A stretch of DNA of 64,000 nt from Antedon mediterranea (Eukaryota > Animalia > Echinodermata): positions 17,298,001 to 17,362,000 of the forward strand of contig NC_092671.1 of NCBI RefSeq assembly GCF_964355755.1, read 5' to 3'. A program made the translations under genes and the position numbers. The notes under the pieces are model-generated. The model had not been told where the DNA came from. It saw nothing but the letters and a program-made list of their open reading frames with translations, and did no database searches. Below are positions 1-12,016 of the stretch, piece after piece. Each line of letters begins with the position of its first letter. Position 1 is the stretch's first letter.

Positions 1-25
1 AAAAAAGAAAAAGGCTAAAAAAGAG
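1..25 (+). CDS. PWP1: PWP1 internal exon (3' end only; Lys-rich KKKKAKKE)
   Basis: Ends at GAG|gtaaa donor; joins in phase 0 to the exon at 136; corresponds to the poly-Lys stretch before the PWP1 WD40 'GH..AVLDL' motif. Confidence 0.75.
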
Positions 26-135
26 GTAAATAAAATACATTTTAAGTTTTTCATATTGTAAATAAAATGTTATTTTTAACATATAATTATATATAAAAAT
101 ATAATTTGTAATTTTTTTTTTTTTGCTTTTTGTAG

Positions 136-365
136 AAAAAGACTACAAAACCAAAAATCGGTCATTCTGGTGCAGTGTTAGATCTGGCGTCAAATCACAA
201 TTTTAATCACATTCTGGCGAGTGCATCGACAGATGAGACTATTGCATTGTGGGATCTTGGTACTACACAAGTCGCATCTACTTTACGGCATCATAGCGAC
301 AAAGTTCAAACTATTGATTGGCATGCGACTGATGGGCACACATTGTTGTCCGGAGGATTTGATAA
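136..365 (+). CDS. PWP1: PWP1 (periodic tryptophan protein 1, WD40) exon
   Basis: tgtag| acceptor; KKTTKPKIGHSGAVLDLASNHNFNHILASASTDETIALWDL...HSDKVQTIDWH...LLSGGFDK; donor AA|gtgcgt (phase 2). Confidence 0.92.
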
Positions 366-779
366 GTGCGTATTATTAGACAATTCCTAATTTTGTTTGC
401 AATAATTTAATTAATTTTTTTAGCCAAGCATAAAAACCTTTAGTTTTTTAAGTAAATAAATTGACAGTGAAAATTGAAACACCAGTGATTATTACATTTC
501 TTGTAATGTTGCTATAAAGTTTGCGGTACACTACATATTTCTTAGTTCTGAAAAGAACGATTGAGTTTCTCAAACTAAATATATGTAGTATAACATATTG
601 ATTTCACCATGCAAACCTTGCAACAATTTCTTGTAATGTTAATCTAAAAGATTAAGTTGAACGGGGCGCTACAGTATACTGCCATACAAACCTATGTCAT
701 AGAGTATATGTGCATGCGATTGAAATCTGAAATTTTACCAAAAGCCTGCACCAAAATTTAATTGCTTTTTGTACAATTT

Positions 780-1000
780 ATATAACATTTACGTTAGCGC
801 TGTTTACCAGCTAGGCCTACAAAACTAATCCTAGCTAGGCTAGGCCTAGATAGTCCCAATAAGAAATTCAATGCAAGCTACTTAGGTAGTGCATTTTTTC
901 TCTCTTTTTGTCATAAATTGTACATTTAAGACCAGGAATGACCTGGTTTAATTTTTTTAAACTAATTAAGTAATATATATGCATTATTTTTACAAAACTT
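780..1000. repeat. Dispersed repeat fragment; inverted copy at about 47820-48010
   Basis: 'tttaccagctaggcctacaaaactaatcctagctaggctaggccta' and 'gctacttaggtagtgcat...taagaccaggaatgacctg' recur as reverse complements near 47.8-48.0 kb. Confidence 0.7.
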
Positions 1001-1077
1001 CAACAATTTTAGGGAAAGTGTTTTTATTAAAACATCTCTGTCTGTTTAATTTATTTGTTGATCTTTTTTAATTTCAG

Positions 1078-1189
1078 AATAGTAAATTTATACGATTGTC
1101 GAGTTCCAGATGAATGTTCCAAGTCTTGGAATTTAAACGGTGAAATTGAGCGAGTTCTTTGGAATCCTTCAAATTCAAACACATTTTTA
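1078..1189 (+). CDS. PWP1: PWP1 exon
   Basis: tttcag| acceptor; IVNLYDCRVPDECSKSWNLNGEIERVLWNPSNSNTFL resembles recalled human PWP1 'VALYDCRSPDES..W..SGQIERVTWN'; donor gtaagt. Confidence 0.92.
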
Positions 1190-1216
1190 GTAAGTTTAAA
1201 TTGTACCCAATACACA

Positions 1217-2142
1217 CGCCCGTATTCTTAAACCGGACTTTAGTCTTAGTTCGAAGTTCGACTTGGAAAAGTCGTAGTTCGAGCTATTACTTCAAATTCG
1301 ATTAAAAAATGAAGTAGTCGAAGTTTGCAGTTCGACTTAATGAAGTCGAGCTTTTAGTCGAGTTGCACACGTCTGGGTAACAAAGGCTATACATTGGCCA
1401 ATGACAAGAGAGTATTTGAGGAGCAGACGAAATTTTGCGCATTGATATCACTTTCCATTTCTTACAACACTTTTTACGCATCAGGACTATATACATGAAA
1501 AATAATTTTAATTGTTAATTATTAGAACAATATCAGTATTAATTTAACAGTGAAGTATATTTGATTAACAACAAATAAAATCTTAAAAATATATTTAGGA
1601 ACCATGGCGGTACGGTAACTTTATATTTTCTAGGCCCCCAACAAAGTATGATCGCCACGAACCACGAACTTCATAGCGTGACAAGAAAGCGCTAGGCCCC
1701 CTAAACATTCCATCGCGTGGTGAATTGCCGCATCTCCCATTGTCGCTATGGCGTGACGTAGCTCAAGTCGGACTTGCGCGAAGAAAATAATGTAATTTGT
1801 ATACAGTTGTAAATAAAGATGATTTTCATTATTATAATTTATACCAATGTATATTTAATTAAGCTAATATAAATATAGATATTTCATTCTTCAATATCTG
1901 GCCAATATAAAAACTCAATGACTGTTACGTTTTTTATAAACATCGTTTAAAAACCATTTAGTCGACCATTTAGTCTGCCCCCTCCAGGACTAAAAAAATC
2001 GATCAAAATCCGTCTCGATTTAGTCGAGGTTGGCCTGATTTAGTCGGTGATTTAGTTGAAGTTCGGTTTATGAATTAAAATGACGTCATTTTTTTAGTTT
2101 TAGCTCGAACTACGACTAAAGTCCGGTTTAAGAATACAGGCG
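1217..2142. mobile_element. Non-autonomous TIR DNA transposon (about 926 bp, 3-bp TSD)
   Basis: About 38-bp TIRs cgcccgtattcttaaaccggactttagtcttagttcga / tcgaactacgactaaagtccggtttaagaatacaggcg, flanked by ACA on both sides; subterminal 'ttagtcga' repeats. Confidence 0.85.
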
Positions 2143-2168
2143 ACAGTATTGAGGCAGAAGAATAGTTA

Positions 2169-2293
2169 AGCTCTGTCTACACTATCAAACTAGTTTGAAA
2201 AAAAAAGTGTGATGTGCCAAATATGGTAGTGATATGACATCATCATGTCATATATGGGTACATCACATAAAGTTTGAAAGTGTAGATGGAGCT
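2169..2293. mobile_element. MITE family A (PIF/Harbinger/Tourist-like)
   Basis: TIR agctctgtctacactatcaaact...agtttgaaagtgtagatggagct; TTA TSD. Confidence 0.85.
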
Positions 2294-2402
2294 TTATGCA
2301 ATAAATAGAAAATAATTCAAATTACTTTCAACCTTTAAAATGCTTAAAAGTATTAAAGTTTTTCTTGCGATTAAAATACAATGTTTGAATTGATATTTGT
2401 AG

Positions 2403-2573
2403 GCAAGTACAGATGGTGGTTTTGTATATAGTCTTGATGTCAGGTTAGATAAACCTCTGTTCACACTACAAGCACATGAGAAAGCAGTCACAGGACTTGC
2501 ACTGTCAACTGAACCTCAACACTGTCTAACTACAGTATCAGCTGATCACTACGTTAAAGTATGGGACATAACA
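2403..2573 (+). CDS. PWP1: PWP1 exon
   Basis: ttgtag| acceptor; [32 protein letters not shown]...[12 protein letters not shown] (57 codons); donor gtaagt. Confidence 0.93.
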
Positions 2574-2593
2574 GTAAGTACAACAATGCGTTA

Positions 2594-2667
2594 CTTGGTT
2601 CCCACTAGGACGCAACCAAGTGGACCAACGAAAAGCGACGGTTTAAATTAACCATCGATTGGTCAGA
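2594..2667. mobile_element. MITE family B fragment
   Basis: cttggttcccactag matches the TIR of the 24838-25016 element. Confidence 0.6.
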
Positions 2668-2759
2668 TTACTAGGAACTATGCTTTTCACATTTTGCGGA
2701 TGAGAGAAAAAAATATGTAATGAGTGTTTATAATATAAATATATCTATATTATTTTCAG

Positions 2760-2907
2760 GATAATAAACCAGCGTTGGTTATCTCAAAAGATATGAAGAT
2801 GAATATAATCAACTGCATAGGTAGTAATCCAAATTCACCCACTGTATTGGCATTGGGAGGTGAAAATGATGGCGTTAGACTTCTTGACTTGCGCACATTA
2901 CCTGAAG
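2760..2907 (+). CDS. PWP1: PWP1 exon
   Basis: ttttcag| acceptor; DNKPALVISKDMKMNIINCIGSNPNSPTVLALGGENDGVRLLDLRTLPE; donor G|gtaaaa (phase 1). Confidence 0.9.
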
Positions 2908-3021
2908 GTAAAATGTCGTCTTTTTATTAAACACATCGATAACATTTATCCTACAGACTCTATTCAGCACTGCTGGTACATTGCTAGTTTAAAACATAAC
3001 CACATTGCTCTCCTTTTGTAG

Positions 3022-3197
3022 TGTATAAAAGGTTCAACATACAAGCAAACAAGAAACCTGTACCTGACATGTCAAACGATGCTGCAGAAAATAATGAAGA
3101 GGAAGAGATGATGCAAGAAAAATTTAAGAAAGTGAATAAATCAAATCTGAAGGATGGCAAGAAAAAGAAAAAGAAGAAAAAGGTTGCAAAATTTTAA
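3022..3197 (+). CDS. PWP1: PWP1 terminal coding exon
   Basis: ttttgtag| acceptor; VYKRFNIQANKKPVPDMSNDAAENNEEEEMMQEKFKKVNKSNLKDGKKKKKKKKVAKF-stop (TAA 3195-3197). Confidence 0.85.
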
Positions 3198-3502
3198 AAT
3201 TGGGGAGTCTTCTTAATTGCTATTATATATATATATTACACATCTTTGAAACATAATTTAAAATGTCCATTATAGATTTCACAGGCAACATAGATGGTTG
3301 TACATGTTGTCTGTGATTGATTTTGAGACAGACAGCCAACTATTGATAGTAATTTCTGTGAACATGTTACCCATTTAAATGATAGATGTGTAGATCCTGC
3401 TAGTCATTTTGATTGCAGTATATAACAAAAGTAACGGAAATTAAAATTTTACACACAAAAATAGTTCTTGTCAATCATTGGTGATGTGTATTTTTATAGC
3501 AC

Positions 3503-3508
3503 AATAAA
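3503..3508 (+). promoter_or_regulatory. Candidate polyadenylation signal for PWP1
   Basis: AATAAA about 300 bp after the stop codon; weak evidence in AT-rich DNA. Confidence 0.3.
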
Positions 3509-3582
3509 AAAAAAAATGGATCATTTCAAGATTAGAAAACAAAAACAAAGATTTCTGATGGAGAATGAAACATTTGATGTAA

Positions 3583-3714
3583 GTACTCTGTTTATGATGT
3601 GTCCATATATGGACATGATGATGTCATATCACTACCATATTTGGGAATATCACTACCATATTTGGGTACATCGCACTTTTTCTGTCAAACTAATTTGATA
3701 GTGTAGACAGAGCT
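3583..3714. mobile_element. MITE family A, left end degraded
   Basis: Internal atatcactaccatatttggg repeats and right TIR gatagtgtagacagagct|tta. Confidence 0.8.
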
Positions 3715-4214
3715 TTATACTATAGCTTATTAAAAAAAGAAATGTTACCCAAAAGAAATAATAGCTGAAAGAATAGGCATCACACCCTTGTTAATAATAA
3801 CTAAACACTGGGATTTGTACTTTTATAAACAAACATGTAAATTAAATAATAATCATTTATATTGAGGTAATTTTTAAAAATTAAAAGGAGCTTGCCTCCT
3901 GAAATTTGCTAAATAAATGAGTTTTTAAATTAATCTTAAGTTAATCCAAAGTGGGTGAATGTTTGAAAAAGGTCGGAGTTCGTTCCAAAAAGAGTAAACA
4001 AATATGGCAATGATTTGTCAGAGGAGTGAAGAAGAAATATAGCACAACCAAAAGATTTGAACAAAAAGAAGTATGCAATGGAAAGTAATTGAGTCCAAAA
4101 AGATTGGTTTCACAACTCTATTAACAGAAACTGATTTGCTTGTAATGTGTGTGTTTAGAATGATTACAATATTAGTGTCAGAATGTTTAGTAAGTTCTGA
4201 CTCATCCTGTCAAT

Positions 4215-4282
4215 AATGTGTGCGCCAGTATCCTGGGGGGTACCCTCTACTCGTCTCCAAAGACGTACTGGGTTACCTTAGC
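4215..4282 (-). mobile_element. Deu/Nin-domain SINE fragment
   Basis: 'ggggggtaccctctactcgtctccaaagacgtactgggtt' resembles 54937-54977. Confidence 0.55.
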
Positions 4283-4839
4283 TGATTCATATCTGCAATT
4301 CATTTTGTCACGCATCCATATTCTTCAAACAAATGCGATGAAATAAGTTTAGATAAAATAAAAATTGCCAATAACCCATCAATGATTGTTGTATCTTTGC
4401 GATAAGATGATAAAAAATAGTTGCGTCAACATCAAAGATAATTAGAAAACCAAGAATATAACACAAGGATGAAGTACTATGTCATTTTAAAGGTTACAAA
4501 GAAGTGTGCCATGCCTTGTCCAGTAGGATACTTTTAAATACATTTAAGGGAGAAAAAATCATGCAAAGGTCACTACAAGTGGGTCATTTTGAAGATGATC
4601 ATTTATGAATCATAGAAAGTACATTTTTAATTGTATAGGTGTATGTAATTTATGATTAAAATTATCATTTGTATGGTATTTTATTGTTTCTGGATTTTTT
4701 TTTCCATGACTGGTATTACAAATACATAGGTCTAGTTTTGCATTTAAGGTTTCCAGATGTTCCAAATTGTTATTATTTTTTTTAGGCATAACACTAAAGG
4801 ATTGTCAAACAAAAAATGAAGGAAGTCCCAGAGTTTATA

Positions 4840-4915
4840 TATATGGCCATACTGCGTTGAAACACCAGTTTTCACCGAAGTTAAGCAACATTGGGCCAGT
4901 TGCGTTCTGGGAATC
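4840..4915 (+). pseudogene. 5S rRNA-derived fragment (pseudogene or SINE3 head)
   Basis: ggccatactgcgttgaaacaccagtt...tcaccgaagttaagcaacattgggccagtt...ctgggaat aligns with recalled animal 5S rRNA but has internal deletions. Confidence 0.75.
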
Positions 4916-4969
4916 GTGTTCACATTCTGTACATACTGGAAAGTGAGTAATGATAATATCAGACTAGTA

Positions 4970-5200
4970 GGCATGTGTTCAAGCCTATCTCTACCATACT
5001 GATTGCATCCTTAGGCAAGACGTTTTACTCTCATTGCCTAATCCTTTGGATGGGATGTAAATTTAGTCCTGTGTGCATATAGTGCATGTTAAAGAACTAC
5101 ACTATTCAAAATAGTAGGGGATGGTCTCCCGGTGTGCTGATCTGGTAGGCGCTGAACTGCTGGCTGCCATGGATCCGTAGAGGACCTAATCCAAATTTCC
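4970..5200 (+). mobile_element. Degenerate Deu/Nin-domain SINE body
   Basis: B-box-like gttcaagcc, then ccttaggcaagac, then ggatgggatgtaaa...gcatgttaaagaac...agtagggg...cccggtgtg. Confidence 0.65.
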
Positions 5201-6860
5201 TCAGTTTCTAGTTAAACTTGAGAACCAGAATATATAATTTATTTCTCTAGTCTACTGAGGTTTAGTAATCATGGATGTAATTTTGCTAGGCAATTGGATG
5301 AAGTGAGGTAAATTCTACCCATTTTAAATGTCACCCTCGCTAAAAAGATCATCCACCCTTAATTTAAGTAACTAAATCCCAATTTAAGTAACTAAATCCC
5401 TATTTAATAAACATGATACATACTTAATTTAGTCAACTATAAACTGCAACTCAAAGGAAATGAATTGCTATTCTAGCAAGATGTCGTATACAGGATGAAG
5501 ATGTCACACTGTACATATCATTGCAATAAAAACAATAACCATCTCTAGCATTTGTAGATAACTTTATACACTTAGGTCTAACAGTAATAATTATTATCAG
5601 ACTGATTATGGGAGACATCTGACATTGTAAGCTTGAAATGCTTGTTAGCCAATGATAATGTGATAACCAACAAGATAGTGGGTAAGGCTGACAGTGTCGC
5701 AAATTCAAAATGTATTATTTAGAGATTGTCTATAGCATTTTGATATTGTAATTACAATTGTAATATTTGTTGTTATCTATGAACAAAGCAGACAAAAAAA
5801 CATGTATACATCAATAAGTTGAGGAAAAAGAAAATTTACAATATTTTTTTCATTACATAAAATTTAATATTTTGCATACAAACATGCTCGTTAGTTGGCA
5901 TACAAAGTAGTACATATATCTCAATTCTTAAAATATTGCTATTTAAATTAATAAAATTAATAAATTTGCCTATTAAAATAATTCTAAAATTTAATTTAAT
6001 TTAATCCAATAAAACCAAATTGATCATTATGCTTCAAATTAATTATCAATATCACTAATATTAATCTACCAAAGAAATTTGATAGTGTTTTGGAAAACAT
6101 TATAAATCGGTGGGGGGTTAAATGTGGCAATTATATATTAGAAAAATTTCGTATTACACCACATGTATTTAATATATTTATCAGTCGTTCAAGTAACCAT
6201 TGCACTTTCTCTTATCTACAATAACAAAAAATATTCTTTAAACTATTTACAGGTTTTCATGATACCAACTAATTTGCAATAGTCAATAGCTAATTGATGC
6301 ATAGGAATGTATATCATGATGCATATAAAGGTTTGTTTTTATTAAAGATAGACAAGCTCTCAAGAATATAAACAGTATTATGATCAAACAAGCAGTTTTA
6401 CTGCCGACTTAGTCCAAGTTCTAGAGTGTATTTCAACAAATCAATATTGGTAAAAAGATAAATATGTTGGAACATATATATGGCGTTTCATACGTATAAT
6501 ACTTGTGCTCAAAAACAAAAACCAAAACGCCGACTGGTTGAATAAGATAAAAAAGAAAACTTGTTAAATACAGACTTAGGGGAAGTCTACTGACTCTGAG
6601 AGACTCGACTTATTTGACTGTATCGCTTGTTTGTTTCCAGTTTTGAAATAGGTATATATACTTTACTAATAATATTGTTATTTTAGACTAGTTTGGACTA
6701 AATTATAAGTTATAAGTTAGTAGGCAAAGGATTAAACAAGCCTAACTGGGGCTAAATATGGCTCTGATTACAGCACCAGTAGAGTACCTCAAGCTTGTTA
6801 TTCAATGTTAAAGATAAAGCCTATTGGTGGCACCATTCAAATTAAGATTATTTTTTTTAT

Positions 6861-7045
6861 TAATTATATGTTTTGCCCTACTCTGACGTAATTTGTACTT
6901 TATACTAAGTACATTTGAGAATACTTGCGAAAAAATTCGCAAGTAGTTCTCGGGTGGGACTACTTGCCAATTTGTTCGCAAGTATTCTCAAATGTACTTA
7001 GTATAAAGTACAAATTACGTCAGAGTAGGGCAAAACATCTAATTA
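6861..7045. repeat. Long near-perfect inverted repeat (foldback/MITE-like hairpin)
   Basis: 6868-6931 is the exact reverse complement of 6975-7038 (64 bp); the inner region also pairs imperfectly. Confidence 0.92.
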
Positions 7046-7986
7046 CTCAACTCCCTGACGAAAAATTACAATCCTGTTTTTTTATTAACTTACAGATAAT
7101 AACTCCAGTTCAGACATACACTATAATATCGTTATACAATCAAGGCTGGTAACTGCTTATCTGGCAGATGTGCTCTTTGTAATAAATGAGTAAATTATAA
7201 TGTTATATAAATGATTTATGAAAACTCCAGTAAACAATGGTGGATTTAGACCTAATTACTGTCAATGTTACTGGTGCCATGACTGGTTGTGGTCACTTCA
7301 CAATTGAAGATTTCACCAGTTATGTTATGTGCTTCAGTTATGTGGTTAGAATAATAACAAATAAATTGATAATTATCTAGCATTTACCCATCCTGCTAGT
7401 GGATTTTTTTTTTTAAAGTTTGAAGTCAATATTTTACTTCAAGATATACCTATTTTCTCATCTCATTACAAAACATGAGCTCTTTGTTGTGGGAGGTTCT
7501 ATGAAATAATATAATAATAATTTATGAAATTTTTTAACCATATTCGTGTATAGATTATAAAAACTGCAATTTTAAAAGAAATTCCTAGAACAAAGTTATT
7601 GAAAAATATTCCTTGCGTAATATATATCTTGATTGAGCAGTGCCCAATGGCTGACATTCCAGACATTTTCATATTTGTGTTTTTCATTATGTGATGTTAG
7701 CAGCTTGAGCACTCTTTTGGGTTTTTTTGTATATAATATGCATGTTTACTACAAGCATATTAAATAGCTTGCCTCACTTTTTTTAGAGTTTGTTTTATAT
7801 TATCATTTCAAAAATAAAAAGTGTCATGTGATTACAGTATTTGTTGGTAGCAACATGGAGAAATTCTTCATGGTAGCATAAATATAAAGTATGTGTAAAA
7901 AGCAGCTATATAACTTAGTATAATTAGGTAACCTACGGATTAAATTAAATATTCTGTAACCTAAACCTAACACCCCTCCACCTTCC

Positions 7987-8175
7987 TTATCTTCTACTGT
8001 TTACAGATGCGCTATCCTGTTGTCTGGCCAACAACTTTCGTAGTTTGCGTAGATTTTGCATAGTTATCTGGTCATCTGGTTTAAGTTGTAATGCCTTCAA
8101 ATACACTGATTCAGCTTCTTCTAGCTTTCCGTTGAGATGAAGAATAGCACCTAGGTTCATGTGACCATTTGAAGA
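7987..8175 (-). CDS. TMTC2: TMTC2 terminal coding exon (last TPR)
   Basis: ttacag| acceptor; SSNGHMNLGAILHLNGKLEEAESVYLKALQLKPDDQITMQNLRKL...SRR-stop. Confidence 0.94.
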   Translation of the reverse strand, partial: SSNGHMNLGAILHLNGKLEEAESVYLKALQLKPDDQITMQNLRKLRKLLARQQDSASVNSRR

Positions 8176-8819
8176 CTGTAAATAAGCATAAAACAATAAT
8201 AAATAAATAAAATTAAACATGAAATAATATTAAACGTGATATATGGAACTACAAAGTATCGTATCTATATTTAATCTTTAATCATTCATTCACTTCCATT
8301 TATTGTCATTTGCATATAAAATATACATAGAAATTATGTTTGTTTTGAGATATACAAGAACAGATAAATGAAAAACCAACAAAAACAATTACAAAGTGTC
8401 ACATCACTCTCGTACGGTATATAGCATTCAGTGCCTGAATGGCAGCAGGATAAAAGCTGTTACGAAATATGTACGAGAGATAATGGACCAGTAACATCTA
8501 CCGCTACATAACACCTCAAATACATTATGCATGTATAATGTATTTTAGTCCTTAAAATCATTACAAACTTTTTTAAGATAATGAGGGCAGTAGACTTTTT
8601 TTGAAATTCAAATTTGAAAGTCTGTAAATCAATATCTAACACAAATAATGAGAGCAATAAATCAAGTGCTTTCTCATTTTCCAATTTTTTTTTCAATTTT
8701 ACAACCATTGTGAATTTACTACTTTTCCAGTAGAGTCTATGCAAACCTAATACTATTACTAATTACAAATTTTCTCAACAAAAAGTTAATAGCAAATCCA
8801 CACATTATTATTATGGTAA

Positions 8820-8964
8820 AGCTCTGTCTACACTATGAAACTTTAAGTGGAATGTGATGTGCCCATATATGGACATGATGATGTCATATCACTACTATAT
8901 TTGGGAATATCACTACCATATTTGGGAACTTTTGTCAAACTAGTTTGATAATGTAGACAGTGCT
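8820..8964. mobile_element. MITE family A
   Basis: Both TIRs present with TWA flanks. Confidence 0.85.
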
Positions 8965-9961
8965 TTACCGTGGCTTATGGAAATTGTTCAAAGAATATAA
9001 TTAGTATAATTTTTCAAAACATGCAGAGCAGACACTGATATTCAGCCGATCAAATTAACAACTACAGCATAATGTAAATTTTATCGACTGTTAATATTTT
9101 CTCATAACTTTCAGAATTACTAAAAAGAGAAAGAATAAAATAAATTAGTTTGGGCAATAATTTCAAACATTCAAAACAGATTAGGAATTTTATTGGCTGT
9201 TAAAGTTATTATTTTTTTATTGTAATAACTTTAATTGCTAATATTGTATGACCAGTGGTGTAACTATAATGTAAATTTTTGAATAAAAACATCATTAATT
9301 CTAAATATAAATTTAACATTTTTATTATCATTTTAATGACTAAAATTGTGAAATCATTAATAACTATTAACGTTTATATGATAGATATATCATATCTTTG
9401 TCAGGACTTGAACAATAATTTGAGAATTATAAGAATTATATCACATTTTAAAAATACTTCACTTTCAATGTGTATGTGTTCTGCTTAAATAGCAGGTTCA
9501 AATATTATAAGTTAAAAAGATTAAATATAATAGGATGAACTGCATGTTATAGTCGTTTTGTATGAGAATGATTTTATGAAACATACTAGGCCTACATATT
9601 GAAATGCAAAGTTAAATACTATATTTCTTTTTCACGAGCATTTCATTAGTGCCACTGCACCCCTGTTTTAAAAGCATATAAAAATAGAACATATATATAT
9701 ATCATATATATTTTAAACTCCATTTTTACTAATTTCATTAAAGATAAATTAAATTATTGAAAATTTTTTAATTTACAAAAATGTTTACACACATCCAACA
9801 AAGTCCTAAGTCTTGTATAGTTGTGGCTGATTTTGACGTAATGAAAATTCTACAGTATCACTACTCTTATTGGACATTTTCTGTGAATCAAATAGATGTT
9901 ACAACAGACACCTCTATTAAAGGGACACCTAAAATGTGTTCAACCGTATATCAAAACTTAC

Positions 9962-10140
9962 AGTAGGTTTTATCTTGACAGCTATTTTATAGTATTTTTC
10001 TGCCTCAACGTTCAATCCTGCTTGTCTGTATGCATTGGCTAAGTTAAAAACAACTTCAAAATCTTCTGACACCATTGACATTGCCTTCTGGTAAAGTTCA
10101 ATAGCTTCCTGATAATGCTTCTGATCCATTAAAAATTGAG
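9962..10140 (-). CDS. TMTC2: TMTC2 exon (TPR)
   Basis: catag| acceptor; AQFLMDQKHYQEAIELYQKAMSMVSEDFEVVFNLANAYRQAGLNVEAEKYYKIAVKIKPT; donor gtaagt. Confidence 0.93.
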
Positions 10141-10684
10141 CTATGAATACAAAATAAAAACAGGCATAATGCGTGAGATTGGAGCAAATCATTTATAAAT
10201 AATAATAAATAATTTTCCTTTTGGACTTTTCAGTCTCTGGAAACTTCCGAAAGATTGCAAGCAAGTTAATTTCTTGGGGTTTAGGAAATTCTTTCTTCCG
10301 GAATAAAAATGTACTTTTTGAATTATTTTTATCTAAATCTAAAAACTAGCTTGGAATATAATTTTAGAACACTGATTAAAGCAACAAGCCACAAACATAG
10401 TACTACACACAAAGCACTAATGTCGTCAAAACAGGCAACTCTCCCAATACCAGACAACTTTGGGTTTTTGTTCGGTTTTCTAGGAGTTCTGAGAGTTCAA
10501 ATGTTTATTTAATGGATTAAAATTTGTCACCTGAAGAAAAGCCTAGTTTTTGGAGAGTTTCTGGTTTTTACAGAGCCCGATATCAACTATATACAAATAC
10601 CATTTTATTATAGTGCATTAACAGTGATTTAAACACTGACTATCCAAAGGGTACCACATAAAAATTTATAGATTAAACAATTAC

Positions 10685-10766
10685 CAAAATGTTGGTATAC
10701 ACTTGGGTTTGTTGGATCCAATTCCACAGCATGGTTGAACATCTTCTGTGCTTCCAATGCACGATT
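10685..10766 (-). CDS. TMTC2: TMTC2 exon (TPR)
   Basis: tttcag| acceptor; NRALEAQKMFNHAVELDPTNPSVYQHF; donor G|gtaatt. Confidence 0.92.
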
Positions 10767-11894
10767 CTGAAAAACAAATATTAAACAAAATATCAGTAAT
10801 CGTAAAAACGTCAATAAAATTATGTGTATTCTAAATTAAATATGATGAAATATTTTCCTGAATTGAATTTATAATCAACATGATATATTTAATCAATAAC
10901 AACCTAATAATTCATGTCTTCTTCCACACTCATCTAGGGTGTCATAAAATATTTAATAATAAATATTTTGTCTGAATCCCTCTAGAGGTACTTGAACCTA
11001 TCTAAATGTGATATGTCTACTTTGCAAAATTGAGTTCATGTCTGTGTTGATGGAAACGTTTCAACTTGTGCGACGAGTCGGCCAAGTAAAATGTTTGTAT
11101 CGCCTGGTCAATTGCTACGCTTTAATGATTCGTAATACTTGTGGCACCGTGTCTCATCTCAAGTGTAACTTGCTGTCTAAGTTTATAACATGGTGATGGC
11201 ATTATTACAAGTTTACTTTAAAATATAAGTAATTTTTAGTTTAAACATAAGGTCCTCTTATCCAGAATTTTAGTATTGTTTTAATAGTATATTTTACTTG
11301 CCAAAATGTGTAATTTTTAATAATTCTCTCATGTTATTATAGATATCAAAGTTTACATATACATAGGAAAGGTTTCACAACATAAATTCAGCATATTATA
11401 ATATATATACTGTACTAGACGTATTTGTTTGACTCTCACAATGACGTGCCATATACACATATGCGCCATTTATCTAGATGCACTTAATTCATCATGGTGC
11501 CTGTTATTGGACGGGTACCTGCTAGTATAATATATAATATAATATTGAATATAGCATTTGTGGTGAAATAACTTGTAGGTGTTGACCCTGTCCTACTAAA
11601 TGCTTGGGTACATCTACATCGCTTCAATACCCTCTTTCCTGGATTTGCGTTATCTTCAGGAAGTATTCACAATTAACCAAAAACCACTCATACCAACAAG
11701 GTTAAATGATTTCAATTCTCCATGTTGTATATCAATTGAAGAAGAAAGCAAAAACATATGTAACATATATAAATGTAGTTCACCATGTAAAAGCCCTATT
11801 TGTGAAATGAATACATTCTAAAATTCTTGCCTACAGTAAAATAATAAAATGTCTAAAAGATACAAGTTAATGTTATTATAGTTTGGTTAATTAC

Positions 11895-12016
11895 CGTTTT
11901 TCCAAGCAGGTTTCCATACGTCAAGTGTGCAGGCACATGGTCTGGTTTGTACCGTAATGATTCTTTGAAAAAATGTTCGGCATTTATTGCATCACCAAGT
12001 TTTGCATATGTTTCAC
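11895..12016 (-). CDS. TMTC2: TMTC2 exon (TPR)
   Basis: ctcag| acceptor; ETYAKLGDAINAEHFFKESLRYKPDHVPAHLTYGNLLGKT; donor gtaatt. Confidence 0.93.

Noticed and set aside
4840-4915. Functional 5S rRNA gene
   Set aside because: Internal deletions, a missing 3' part and no T-run terminator.
11414-11528. Possible Helitron 3' remnant (acgggtacctgctagt)
   Set aside because: Too short and degenerate to support without a second copy.
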